From: a virus
Lineage: Duplodnaviria; Heunggongvirae; Uroviricota; Caudoviricetes
DNA length: 64,000 bases
IMG/VR virus record: IMGVR_UViG_3300003691_000001
Location: 1 to 64,000 of that record
Strand: one strand, 5' to 3'
Below, one piece after another: positions 42,005-52,732 of the stretch. Both the position numbers and the translations under genes were made by a program. The notes under the pieces are model-generated. The model had not been told where the DNA came from and ran no database searches. It saw nothing but the letters and a program-made list of their open reading frames with translations. Positions within the stretch are counted from its first letter, which is position 1, and each line of letters opens with the position of its first letter.

Positions 42005-43134
42005 TGGGTTTTCAAAAGCGAGTAGTAATAGAAAAAGTTGTGGATAGGATTATACTTATCACATTGAAGGCGGATTTCCACAGTGCTTGTCAGAAGGCTT
42101 ACTCCGATAACCTAGGGACAGAGGTTAGCAGGAGCACTGCTAAAGAGGTTTCCTATTATATCATCTGGGGTGCACCCCCTTCGAAGATCATGAAAGCGCT
42201 TGACATAGATAAAGATGCTGTTGAGAAGGTTATCGATTGCTTCTGGAAAGTATTCCAAGACCACCAAAGGTATTTAAGATGAAACGTATCTATGACAAGT
42301 CTATGTATGACACCCAAACAGCTATCTACAAGTCAATAGAAGACTTAGAAGAGGGGTTGGAAGAGTCTGTAGCCAGGGCTCAAGACCTTTACAATGAGTT
42401 CATTGCGGAGAGTAACCTACTTAACCATGATGATTATGACCTGTGGAATGCTGGGGATGTAAGCCGAGTAGATGAACACGGTGTAGAGATCTCTTGGGAA
42501 GTTACATGGAGGTATGGAGGCCATGCAGAGGGTGAGTATACTATCCCTTTGAAAGCTTTACTAGATGAAACATGGGAAGACGGTGTAAGGGAAGCAGCGC
42601 ATGCTTTCTTAAAATGGAGACGTGCAATATGAATCTGACAAGGTTAAAAAGAAAGCTCCGCCGACTGAAGGCCAAAAGAGATGGTGTGGAGGATAAACAT
42701 AAAGGGAATGAACGGAACTACACTTACTATGGCGGTTGGGATCTTGGGCACCTTCAAGGTCAGATATGCGTGTTTGAAGATTATATAGATGATATTGAAA
42801 CTCTTCAACTAAAGCTTGAAGCGATTGCAAGAAAGCTGGAAGAGTCTCATACAAGCATGGATGTGTGGACTGTAATTGAAGAAGCTCGTAACATAGCTTT
42901 AACGGAGGTGTGTGATGGAAATGCATGACGTAGTACGAAAGTTGATAGGGCCTGTAGAGCCGGTAGGGTGTTCAGCTACAGATAGTAAAAGGTATGATAA
43001 CCTGTCTGAACAGATGGATTTAGTTAGTGAACTCATAGCGGAAATCTACAGGATTTCAATACAGTGTTCAGATAGCTATCAGAGCAGTGTGCAGATTGCA
43101 GGTAAGCGCTCTACTGACTTCTTGAAAGAGATGG

Positions 43135-43731
43135 GTGATTACTGTGGATAAGCTAACATACTTAGAAAGGTTTGAATGGGCTATTGAACACCTTACAGCA
43201 GCCTCTGTACCTACACATCTGGTACAGGATTGGATCGATGAAACTAATGATAACCTGCAGGACTGGGTAGGCAGTCAAGAGATACCATGGTGGTGTCAGA
43301 ACATTGCAATCATTGAAGCAGCACTAGCTATGGCTAACAGCCCTGTAGAAGGTGCACACGATGAAATCGATTACTCAGTTCCATGGGACAATGTAGAAGA
43401 GGTGGTTGCACCCCCTGTGCTCAGTGTAACCTTTACAGAGGATGAGGCTGATACCATTCAGAACCATGCACGTTCTGTTGAAGAAGTTCTCATAGAAGAG
43501 CGTAAAGGAGCACCACAGGCTAAGTACGTGATGTGCGTTCCTACAGGCTGTGAAGAGTGGAACCCTCTTACAGAGAAGATTGAACCGGTTCCTGAACATC
43601 TCGTAGGGCACTGGATGATGGAGTATGCTGCAAACTTAAACTACCGGGGTTTCAGGGAGTGTATCAAAAGGGATTCCTGGGTACGGTGCCATGCAGAGGC
43701 TGTAACAGAAATGCAATGGGTGGAAGGATGA
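43135..43731 (+). CDS. Hypothetical protein, 198 aa
   Basis: ORF in dense small-gene array. Confidence 0.4.
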   Translation: MITVDKLTYLERFEWAIEHLTAASVPTHLVQDWIDETNDNLQDWVGSQEIPWWCQNIAIIEAALAMANSPVEGAHDEIDYSVPWDNVEEVVAPPVLSVTFTEDEADTIQNHARSVEEVLIEERKGAPQAKYVMCVPTGCEEWNPLTEKIEPVPEHLVGHWMMEYAANLNYRGFRECIKRDSWVRCHAEAVTEMQWVEG

Positions 43732-44654
43732 CCATTACCACATTTGAAGAGACACCGCTCAAGCGTAAACTCCTCCTGAAGATGTACCAGAAGAAAGTCA
43801 ATGAAGCGATAGAATGGAACTTTGGATACTGGGACCATAATAATCCAAGCCTGGACAAGTGGTTCAATGAAGTCTTAAGGCTAAGGCCTATAGTAGAGAA
43901 AGAAGACCCTGAATGGTATGAATACTATGGAAGGGCTATAGTAAATGACTAAAGGTAAGAGAATCTATATAGTATAACATAATTTCTAAAGGGAAGGATG
44001 AGAGGTGTGTATGAGGAATAGAATAAGCGATATCTACCAGTTGTTTGATGAAGTGGAAGATAAACTTGGTGAAGATAATCCCGTGTTAGAGGATCTAATA
44101 TACGATATGAATCTGGCTATGGAAGGGGTTGATTCTGTAGAAAGTAGTCTGAAGCGTATTCTTAATGATACCTCAGAGGTTAAATCTTAATGTGTAAAAA
44201 GAAGCCTACAGTACACAACGTGAAGCAAGGGCAGACCGTTTACATGATATCTGGTTGGCCTTGCTCATATGGTTACCACTTTACCATGGAGAAGTATTTT
44301 ATTTATGGTAAAAGGGTTGCACCTCCTGAAGAGGGGTGTATAATAGAGCAAATGTCAATCACGTTGCTTGAAGGCATCCTGGAACGGTTTGGCAATGAGG
44401 GGATACACTTCTCAAGGCGTAAAGCAGAAACAGAACTTAAAAGGAGAAGAGCAGAATGAACACATATATTATAAAGTATGAATCAGAAAGTTGTGACAGA
44501 TACACCTTTAAATGCAAAGGGTTCAGTAAACCCAGCTATGGAGATGTTGAAAAGATGCTCTTGGCTGCATCACCTGAAGAGGCTTTAGACGAGAATAGTA
44601 TGGGAGGAGAGTGGGATATTGTAAGCTTTGATAACTTAGAAGATATTACTTTAA

Positions 44655-45566
44655 ATGGAGGAGGGGACAAGTAGAATGTATAAAATAATCTTATTGTTAT
44701 CCTCTATACTATTATCAGGGTGCTTCAGTGCACCAGATGAACGGTATACATATCTAACAGCCACTGATGCACAATCAGGGGATACACAAACACTCGATGT
44801 AGATATCCTACTACCTCCAACCGGTAGTGATACACTGCCTAACGGTAAACGTGGAGCCATTGTATTCATCCATGGGGGAGCATGGGATTCAGGAAGTACA
44901 AATCAGGTGGCAACCTTTGCAGATACTGCACGTGAGATGGGATTCTTCACCATGGCCATGGATTACCGTCTAACCAGTGTAAGGGTCGAAGGCAGGGGTG
45001 AACGTGGGGTACTTTATCCATGGCCTACACAAGCACAGGATGTACGGTGTGCACTAGGATGGCTTGCAGAAAATGCAGATACCTATAACGTAGATGTGGA
45101 TGCTATAGCACTTATAGGTGAATCCTCTGGTGGACAGATGGCATTCATGGTTGCAGAGAATGATTACCTTACAGATGAGTGTCCTTATCAAGGGGATGTA
45201 GATATTGCATTAGCCGTGTCTCGTTCAGGACCTACAGATATTGAACATTGGTACAACCTTGGAGGATTCACTAATACGTGGGTACAAGACTTGTTAAACA
45301 AGGATAACCCTACGGTAGATGAACTTCGTAGTATTAGCCCTGTATTCAATATAGGTGATGATAGCACTACAAGTATTTTACAACAACATGGTGGAAAGGA
45401 TAGTATTGTAAAGGAAGAAGTTGTACTATCTTACCCTGATGCACTGGATGCACTTGGAAGACAAAATGAATACTTGCATTATCCTGATACAGGACATACA
45501 CTAGACACCTCTAGGCAAGATGCACTAGACTGGATAAATACACAATTAAAGGGGTACACAGAATGA
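44655..45566 (+). CDS. Secreted lipoprotein esterase/lipase (alpha/beta-hydrolase fold-3)
   Basis: Lipobox LLSGC. Oxyanion motif FIHGGAW. Nucleophile GESSGG. C-terminal D/H. Confidence 0.65.
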   Translation: MEEGTSRMYKIILLLSSILLSGCFSAPDERYTYLTATDAQSGDTQTLDVDILLPPTGSDTLPNGKRGAIVFIHGGAWDSGSTNQVATFADTAREMGFFTMAMDYRLTSVRVEGRGERGVLYPWPTQAQDVRCALGWLAENADTYNVDVDAIALIGESSGGQMAFMVAENDYLTDECPYQGDVDIALAVSRSGPTDIEHWYNLGGFTNTWVQDLLNKDNPTVDELRSISPVFNIGDDSTTSILQQHGGKDSIVKEEVVLSYPDALDALGRQNEYLHYPDTGHTLDTSRQDALDWINTQLKGYTE

Positions 45567-45856
45567 AGAATATTATAGCAGCAGCAGTATTATCAATCAT
45601 GAGCACAGGAGCTTTAGCAGCAGGGGTATGTCATATTCCAAAGGATTGTGAGTTCATCTCTAGCGAGTTCTCAACTGGTGGAGGGGATAGGGCTATGTAT
45701 ATCATGGAAGTGGATTGCAAGATCGATGGTGAAGTCACTAAGTACATAGATACTGAAGTATCCATAGGAGGATTCTTCGGGGTGGGACGTATCACAGCGC
45801 CTAAGAAGGTGATCTTTAAGCGTACAACTAATGACAGTATGTCGTGTGACTACTAG
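45563..45856 (+). CDS. Small secreted protein
   Basis: Signal peptide MKNIIAAAVLSIMSTGALAAG. Confidence 0.4.
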   Translation: MKNIIAAAVLSIMSTGALAAGVCHIPKDCEFISSEFSTGGGDRAMYIMEVDCKIDGEVTKYIDTEVSIGGFFGVGRITAPKKVIFKRTTNDSMSCDY

Positions 45857-47192
45857 AGATCGAAGAATGTAAAATACAGAGGTCTGTATGGTGCAGAGGC
45901 CTACACGAATGATTAAATCATTAAAGGAACTGGAGAAGACCAGCCCATTCATAGGAAGATATAGGTGGGAGTTGGCCGACAATAATAGAAAGATACACTT
46001 TAAGAAATTCAAGCGAGAACACCCTTCAACATTAAAATTAAGTAGTGAGTTCAGGTTCGGTCTGTACAACTAACTATAAGGAGAATAAAATGAGTATTAG
46101 AATCGAAAAGAGTATCCAGTGCGATAACTGTGAAGAGGAATTGATTGTGGATTCACCATATCCTGCAAAATACGTGCTTGAGTTGAAATCCGTGGATGTA
46201 GGTATTAATACATCTGGTGCAACATTCGCTGTCTGTGTACATCCAGCCATAAAAGATACCATGCATTTCTGTGGCTTTATATGCCTTGAAAATTGGATAG
46301 CAGATAGAAAGTCGCTTAGGTGATCAGCAGGGGGAGGTAGTTTTGAAAAAGATAGATGAACTCGAAAGATCTAAGACACTACTGACGTTTCTATGGCAAA
46401 AATATGATGCCGGTGGAATATCAATGGGGCGTAGCTATGAGGCTGTAGTCCTAGAGGCTGTTATGGAATTACTAGGCCCTTCATCGGAAGATTTGAGCCG
46501 AGATCATGGCGATATAATGGATGAAACAAGAAGTTACCTTTCATCAAAGAGGGCTGAAAAATTAGGACTTAAGTGTAGGGAGATAAAATATCATGAGGAT
46601 TGAAAAACAACTAATTGATTTAGATACATCTAAAGTCGATTTCGATAATAGACATTGGGGATGGTGTGAAGGAGGTCACCCCTTACGCAGCGGGGAGTAT
46701 GCAATTACCTATATTGCTGATGATGACTACCTCAATGAAACAAGGTACGCCCTTCCGAAATGCTTGAATGAGATGATGAATTTAAAAGACAAGTATGGTG
46801 CAGAAGAAGCCAAACGAAGAATTCGGCAAGCACTTGCATAGACTTGAAGAGAGGCTCTTAAAAGATGGTGAAGAGTGTAGCTTTGGTTGCAGTCACCATG
46901 TAACACATAGGTGTGAAAAATGCGGTCGCTTCTCCTCACGAGGAGAAGCAACTATTTTCACTAATGAAGAGTACTTGGTATCGGAGGAACTCAATATGGG
47001 TTTACGTGAAAAAGTTCAGGAAGCACTGGACAATGCAAAAGAAAATGGCTACAATTTCGAAGGTTGGTCACCAGGACAGATAGCCAGTGACATGATCCGA
47101 CATGATAAAGGCTTGGAAGATGAGAATTTTTGTGAGTTAGGATGCATTATCCTAGGATTGCAAAATGAAAACAAACAAGACGTGTAGATGTT

Positions 47193-47220
47193 GCAATAAC
47201 ACGGCTAAAATTGGAGAATA
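47193..47220 (+). promoter_or_regulatory. Repeated promoter/RBS-like motif, copy 1
   Basis: GCAATAACACGGCTAAAATTGGAGAATA immediately 5' of the ATG at 47224. Confidence 0.4.
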
Positions 47221-47223
47221 AAA

Positions 47224-47451
47224 ATGCCAAGAGTTAAAAGAAATACAGACGCAACTTTAAGGTTACGGTGTGATGACCCAGAAGACTCGTTCACCGTTAG
47301 TTATACAAATATGGGGGAGCCTTTTCGGGAGGGAATCGAAATCGGTATTGGAAATGCGGAATTCAATAAAGATGTAAGGGTGATGCTTGAGGATGGCGAG
47401 GCGAGGCAATTACTAGGCTTACTTTTAAAGCTCTATCCAATTAAATCGTAG
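47224..47451 (+). CDS. Small hypothetical protein
   Basis: Preceded by the conserved motif and a GGAG RBS. Confidence 0.4.
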   Translation: MPRVKRNTDATLRLRCDDPEDSFTVSYTNMGEPFREGIEIGIGNAEFNKDVRVMLEDGEARQLLGLLLKLYPIKS

Positions 47452-47458
47452 TTCTGTC

Positions 47459-47489
47459 GCAATAACGCGACTAAAAACTGGAGGATACT
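47459..47489 (+). promoter_or_regulatory. Repeated promoter/RBS-like motif, copy 2
   Basis: GCAATAACGCGACTAAAAACTGGAGGATACT, near-identical to copy 1, 5' of the ATG at 47490. A weaker third variant lies at 47745..47789. Confidence 0.4.
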
Positions 47490-47744
47490 ATGGAATTTTG
47501 GGTAAAGCTCCTTGTGGTTGAGGACACTAAAAACCAGGATGCTAGAGACGACTTACAGGCTAATTGTACTCACATCACGCACGATTATTGGCTGTTTGAA
47601 GGTGACGAAGAGGCCTTGGATGACGGCATTACATTTTCGATCATTGGCGAGGAAGCTATCAGCGGAACTGGAGATTTAACAAAATCACAGCTTAAGGTAA
47701 TGCTCCTGGACACATACGGGCTAACTGATGGCCTTCTAAGCTAA
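47490..47744 (+). CDS. Small acidic hypothetical protein
   Basis: Preceded by motif copy 2. Confidence 0.4.
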   Translation: MEFWVKLLVVEDTKNQDARDDLQANCTHITHDYWLFEGDEEALDDGITFSIIGEEAISGTGDLTKSQLKVMLLDTYGLTDGLLS

Positions 47745-47849
47745 AGAGCTTTGCTGTCGAAGAGGGAAATTCAAATATTGGAGGATAGAATGCAAAAATA
47801 TATAAAGAAACCAATAGTAATCGAGGCAATTGTAAATACTAGACAAAAT

Positions 47850-47887
47850 AAAGCCCCAACACTTTACAGTGCCAGGGCTTATTTATA
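47850..47887. terminator. Terminator-like hairpin at the convergent junction
   Basis: AAGCCC...GGGCTT stem followed by ATTTATAT. Confidence 0.45.
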
Positions 47888-47893
47888 TCTACA

Positions 47894-47986
47894 TCCGCTG
47901 TGAGGCTCTCAGTGCCTGTAGGAGCAGTGACCCAGGTACCCTTAGGGGTAGCCAGGGGTACATAGTGAAATCCTCTCACAGAGCAA
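47894..47986. repeat. Structured element, copy B. Shares blocks with 5221..5310.
   Basis: gctgtgagg...cctctcacagagcaa inverted repeat, gtaggagc and taggggtag blocks. Lies between convergent gene blocks. Confidence 0.4.
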
Positions 47987-48003
47987 TACAGGGCTTCTCA
48001 GCG

Positions 48004-48726
48004 CTATAAAGAGATCTTACGGATGTATTCTGATATCGAATGATCTCTTAAATAGTTCAAGAACAGGGTCCTAAGGTATAATAACCTAACCCATGAAGGG
48101 TTCTTGATTACAGTTCCTGAACTTGTTATGAGATTCAACACACCTCCGTGCCAATACCCTATCTTAGGTACCCGTGGAACTATGTCACTGGCATTCACAT
48201 ACCTAGTATAATCTACACACTTCAAATCGTTACTAAATTGAAGGCCTCCTACACGAGGGCTTCCAAAGGTTACAAGCCTGTGTGTATACTTCCTACCATA
48301 TACAGCATAGATTGTAGAGAGTGCACCTCCTAAACTATGACCGGTACATGTTAATGTATACTTCCTAGGAAGCTTCTTTATAGCGTTATCTATTTTAGTA
48401 GCTACGCTTTTAAATGCTTCCATGAATCCTGTGTGTATATTGTAATTAGTGTAATGGGTTTTCTTAAGGTTAATATCTGTAGCTACATCCTTTGGATCAT
48501 CTGCTTCAGTCCCCCTGAAAACCAGTACAGCCTGCTCAGAAGTGTCATGAAGACATAGGTACGCTTTAGTCCCTGTCCTCTTACTCCTAAACTTAAATAC
48601 CCTTTCGTACCCTAACTTCTTAAGGGAGGGGATTCCTTTGTATGCTGCACTGGATGTCTTGGCAAGAAGGACATCTGTAGGGTACCACAAGGGTATATCC
48701 TTACCCTCTCCCTTTAAGTCGTCCAT
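48004..48726 (-). CDS. Class-3 (fungal-type) lipase
   Basis: Nucleophile elbow CTGHSLGGAL. Upstream VFRGTE (oxyanion region). Typical spacing to later D/H. Confidence 0.7.
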   Translation of the reverse strand: MDDLKGEGKDIPLWYPTDVLLAKTSSAAYKGIPSLKKLGYERVFKFRSKRTGTKAYLCLHDTSEQAVLVFRGTEADDPKDVATDINLKKTHYTNYNIHTGFMEAFKSVATKIDNAIKKLPRKYTLTCTGHSLGGALSTIYAVYGRKYTHRLVTFGSPRVGGLQFSNDLKCVDYTRYVNASDIVPRVPKIGYWHGGVLNLITSSGTVIKNPSWVRLLYLRTLFLNYLRDHSISEYIRKISL

Positions 48727-49262
48727 TAAATAATCGCAGCCAGTTTAGCAGCAACAGCTACCATTTGCAGTATATTCTTAACAGCATCTGCATGGCTGAT
48801 ACCATCATCTGATGTAAGAAGCTCTTGCACTTTTGAATCAAGCTCTCGTGCATCTGCAATCTGCCTCTGCAATTGGTATTGCAGGGTAGTAGGCATATAT
48901 GCCATTCTCCTCTCGATAATCATGATGGAGAGTGTAAAAGCATCTTTCACTTCACCATATTGCATAATTAAGTCGGAGCCCTCTGCTAATGCAGTAACTA
49001 AATCCCTGTCCGAAGCTCTTGCATTTTTTAGTGCTGTACGAGCCTGTTCAATCCTTGACCCTTGATAGTTAAGAAGGGTTACTTCATCTTTATCAAACAC
49101 TTTTGAATTGTCTTTAATACCTTGTACTATCTGCGGGTGTCGCATTTCCATACGTTGATACGCGGCTATAACACTTGTAGCATTGATCATGTTCTGTGTA
49201 GTATTGGATGCGCAACCGAAAAGGAATGCAGCCATCACAAGAGATATAATAATTTTCTTCAT
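48726..49262 (-). CDS. Lipoprotein with a C-terminal hydrophobic helix. It could be a unimolecular spanin or an Llp-like exclusion lipoprotein.
   Basis: Lipobox AAFLFGC at the N-terminus. Central coiled-coil. C-terminal ILQMVAVAAKLAAII. Confidence 0.45.
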   Translation of the reverse strand: MKKIIISLVMAAFLFGCASNTTQNMINATSVIAAYQRMEMRHPQIVQGIKDNSKVFDKDEVTLLNYQGSRIEQARTALKNARASDRDLVTALAEGSDLIMQYGEVKDAFTLSIMIIERRMAYMPTTLQYQLQRQIADARELDSKVQELLTSDDGISHADAVKNILQMVAVAAKLAAII

Positions 49263-49266
49263 ACTA

Positions 49267-50112
49267 TTAGGCCTCTGCCATATTAAATGTTGTTTTGTAA
49301 AGATTGAATGCCCATAGATTACTATTAGGCATTGATGTGAATTTCACAATTGCATTGTAATCCCTTTCTTCTACTCCTCCAACTTCAGGAAATATACTTA
49401 AAAGGAAGTCTTTACGTAACCCAACTGTAGATGCTGCTGCATGGAAAGCCCCTCTTTCCTCCGGTGTAAGGTTTTCCAACTGAAGTTTAAAAGTTCTGTA
49501 CTGAGGTCTTGTATCGCTCCTCAGGGTACCCCCTTCACTACGTGTTTGTTTAGTACTTTCATCCCAAGAAGTGGTCATCCCATAAGAAGGGTTAATAGCA
49601 GGGGACATCTGGTCCCCTATGATCAACCTCCCTGCCTGCATGTATCCATCTGCATTAGATGCATCTGTTATTGTAATCTTTGCGCTTCGTCCCTGTACGC
49701 GTGTAAACCAATCAACCACCATCCTATCATCTTCATGTAGCTGATCATAGATACTGTTTCCTGCATTATCTACCCCCCACTCTATAGTGCTTAAAGGGAG
49801 TGAAGGCCTTACAACTATAGATGTACTGTCGTATAATAACGATCCTGTTTGATTTTCACCCCCGTAAATCTGTACTCTCCACGTTGCTGTTGCACTCAGA
49901 TTATGTCTATTTAGACATACTGCTGAAACAGGTTGTGTAGAGGAGAAATTTACAAGGATGTCAAACTGGTTAGTATCTGTTGTACGGACAACCTTAGTAC
50001 GTTGTGTTTCTTGTAGATTGGTTACAGGTAATGCTGTAGCCACGTTACCTGTAGATGATGTTACAACTGCTGTATCTGCAACATTATACATCACTAGCTT
50101 TATATTTGACAC
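49267..50112 (-). CDS. Tail-associated hypothetical protein
   Basis: Lies within the fibre operon. No motif recognised. Confidence 0.4.
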   Translation of the reverse strand: MSNIKLVMYNVADTAVVTSSTGNVATALPVTNLQETQRTKVVRTTDTNQFDILVNFSSTQPVSAVCLNRHNLSATATWRVQIYGGENQTGSLLYDSTSIVVRPSLPLSTIEWGVDNAGNSIYDQLHEDDRMVVDWFTRVQGRSAKITITDASNADGYMQAGRLIIGDQMSPAINPSYGMTTSWDESTKQTRSEGGTLRSDTRPQYRTFKLQLENLTPEERGAFHAAASTVGLRKDFLLSIFPEVGGVEERDYNAIVKFTSMPNSNLWAFNLYKTTFNMAEA

Positions 50113-50146
50113 TAGGCTCCCCTTATGTGTTCATCACTTATTGTGG

Positions 50147-52732
50147 TTATATGACCTCTGCCACCTGTTGTTGCAAAGATGTTATAGTTCCATCCGCTGA
50201 CTCTTTTAGCACATAATACCTTACACCAGCTGTAGCCTCGGATATTGTTACACTATAGTTCCCTGTAGCGTCTGTATTAAAAACACCTACTGTAGGGTTT
50301 ATAGCGCTACCACCAAATGTTTCACTTACAGATATCTTAATACCTATCCCATCCGCATATGCTGCACTAGTTGACCAGTTCTTCAACAACCCTGTGAACT
50401 TAGCACCCCCTGTAGGAGATGTAACTGACCAGTCGAAGGAATTAGATACTGCACTTCCACCTGCATTTGTTGCAGTTATTATCAGTCCTGTTAAGGATTG
50501 GACAGTAGTGGTTGTTCCACTTATAACACCTGTTGTGGTATTTAATGTAAGTCCTGTAGGTAATGTTCCAGATGTTAATACATATGATGTCGGTGAATTA
50601 GACCACAGAGACCCTACGTTTAACGAGATTACAGATCCATTAGGTGAAACCTGATCTGCAATCGTTCCAGAGAACACCGGAGGTGATGCACCTAAACTCT
50701 GTGTGGTTGCAGGTACTGCTCCTGAACTTCTTTCATTTCCAGAAGCATCGGCTAATGCAACATAAATATTATACGATGTACTAGCTGTTAACCCAGCTAA
50801 ATTAAGTGGATAACTCGTACCCGCATCCATCCCTGTTAAGGATATTGATGTACTAGGTACTGCTCCGCCACTGCCAGTCCCTGCTAATATCTCTGTAGAT
50901 GTGGGGGCTGGGGATGCTGTGGGTACAACCACTGCACGATATGTACCTGCTTCATCAGGAGTGAATGATGCATTAATAGCTGAAGATGTTGTAGATGAAA
51001 CATTAACAGCTACCGTAAAATCAGGGGCTGTTGTATCTGTTACAGCTGTAGTTGTTAAAGGCACTGCTGCTGAAACAGCAGAGTTATTCAACGCATCTTC
51101 AATTGCCGTATATGAATCAAATGCTGTATTAGAAGTAATCCCTGTAAAGTCATAGTTGACCTGGACACTTGTTGATAAAACATTTAGACCTGATGAGAAG
51201 AGTGGAGACCCACCTCCACTTGCTTGCCCAGCTAGTACTTCTGTTGCACTTGGTGACGCTGCACCTGCTGCAACTAGTACAATCCTGTAATGACCACCTT
51301 CATCTGTTGTAAACGTTATACGTCCACTATTAATTGATTGTAGACTGGCCACAGGTGTTTGTGTAAACGCAGGAGCAGTTGTATCAGGTAGTGCAGATGT
51401 CGTGAAGTTAGTTGCAGAGGATAATACTTTATTAGCATCTGCATCTGTGAGTGCAACATAGAACTTATAAGATGTATTGGCTGTTAGGCCTGTATTCATT
51501 GCAACCGATTCACCAACCGCTGCAGTCATTGCAAGCAATCCAGAATCGAATACAGCTGCTATAGCTCCTGACCCAGTTCCTGCAAGTACTTCATCCACTG
51601 TTGGAGCAGAATCTGCAGAAGGTATAAGTACAATCCTGTAGTTTCCATCCTTACTCGATGTGAAGGTTCCATTCGCAGAGGTTGTTGTAATAGTGTTTAC
51701 AGCGGGTCCTGCAGTGAATGTAGGAGGAACACTTGTCACCGTAATATCAAATGCATTACCAGCTGTTGAACCGGCTGCATTCGATGCACTCACTGTGATA
51801 CTGTTACTTACTTCAACTGTTGTAGGTGTCCCACTTATAACACCTGTGGTGGTGTTAAGGGATAATCCACCAGGGAAAGGTCCACCTGTAAAGGTGAATC
51901 CTGTCTCACCTGTCCAGAATGTGGATAGATCGACATTGAATGCAACATCTTTATTTGCTGTTTGATTAGGTATTGTACCAGTGAACTGTGGAGTGGCATC
52001 TGATGTACTCTCTGTAAACAGTGTACTTAATGTCTGATTACCACTTGAATCCTCTACTGCCACATACATATCGTAAGTGGTTAGTAGTGCCATCCCTGAC
52101 ATAGTTATTTCAGTGACTACATTGGCTGAATATGCTGTAATATTAGTCGAATCAACCACTGACCCACCAGGCCATGAACCTGACATGATGTTTGCAGCTG
52201 TTGGTACAGCAGCACCTGCCGCTGCTGCCATAGCTCTATAAGTACCACCCTCTCCTGCTGTAAAGTTGAAGGTTATAGTAGAGCTTGTCTTACTAACTAA
52301 AGCTGGTTGTACAGTGATTACAGGGGCTGTAACATCTGCTACGGCACCGGTCATTACAGGAGCTAATGTTTCCCCAGTAGCTGCATTGACTGCAGCTATG
52401 TAGAAATCATATGTAGTTCCTTGGACAAGGCCTGTAATTTCTATACTATCTAAACCCCCTGTAGCTACATAAGCTGTAAGAGTTGTCGATGATATGGCTG
52501 CTGCACTAGCTGAATTCTGACCTGCTAGTACTTGGGTTGAAGTAGGGGCCACATCACCTTGTGTTACAGCCACTACCCTTATGTTACAATCTTCTCCAAG
52601 CTCATATTGAATACCCCTACCGTTTAAAGGGGTTGTCGTGAGCGTGGGGCTTGTTAGGAAAGTAGGCCCTACTACGAGATCTGGACTCTCGTTAGCTGTA
52701 GATGAACCCGCTGGATAAAAGTTATTAGCCAT
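50147..52732 (-). CDS. Tail fibre protein with FN3/Ig-like and putative-Ig (He_PIG) repeats
   Basis: Repeated ..TYRAVVVP.. and LPTGLTLNTTTGVISGT modules. Thr/Ser/Ala/Gly-rich. Confidence 0.6.
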   Translation of the reverse strand: MANNFYPAGSSTANESPDLVVGPTFLTSPTLTTTPLNGRGIQYELGEDCNIRVVAVTQGDVAPTSTQVLAGQNSASAAAISSTTLTAYVATGGLDSIEITGLVQGTTYDFYIAAVNAATGETLAPVMTGAVADVTAPVITVQPALVSKTSSTITFNFTAGEGGTYRAMAAAAGAAVPTAANIMSGSWPGGSVVDSTNITAYSANVVTEITMSGMALLTTYDMYVAVEDSSGNQTLSTLFTESTSDATPQFTGTIPNQTANKDVAFNVDLSTFWTGETGFTFTGGPFPGGLSLNTTTGVISGTPTTVEVSNSITVSASNAAGSTAGNAFDITVTSVPPTFTAGPAVNTITTTSANGTFTSSKDGNYRIVLIPSADSAPTVDEVLAGTGSGAIAAVFDSGLLAMTAAVGESVAMNTGLTANTSYKFYVALTDADANKVLSSATNFTTSALPDTTAPAFTQTPVASLQSINSGRITFTTDEGGHYRIVLVAAGAASPSATEVLAGQASGGGSPLFSSGLNVLSTSVQVNYDFTGITSNTAFDSYTAIEDALNNSAVSAAVPLTTTAVTDTTAPDFTVAVNVSSTTSSAINASFTPDEAGTYRAVVVPTASPAPTSTEILAGTGSGGAVPSTSISLTGMDAGTSYPLNLAGLTASTSYNIYVALADASGNERSSGAVPATTQSLGASPPVFSGTIADQVSPNGSVISLNVGSLWSNSPTSYVLTSGTLPTGLTLNTTTGVISGTTTTVQSLTGLIITATNAGGSAVSNSFDWSVTSPTGGAKFTGLLKNWSTSAAYADGIGIKISVSETFGGSAINPTVGVFNTDATGNYSVTISEATAGVRYYVLKESADGTITSLQQQVAEVI

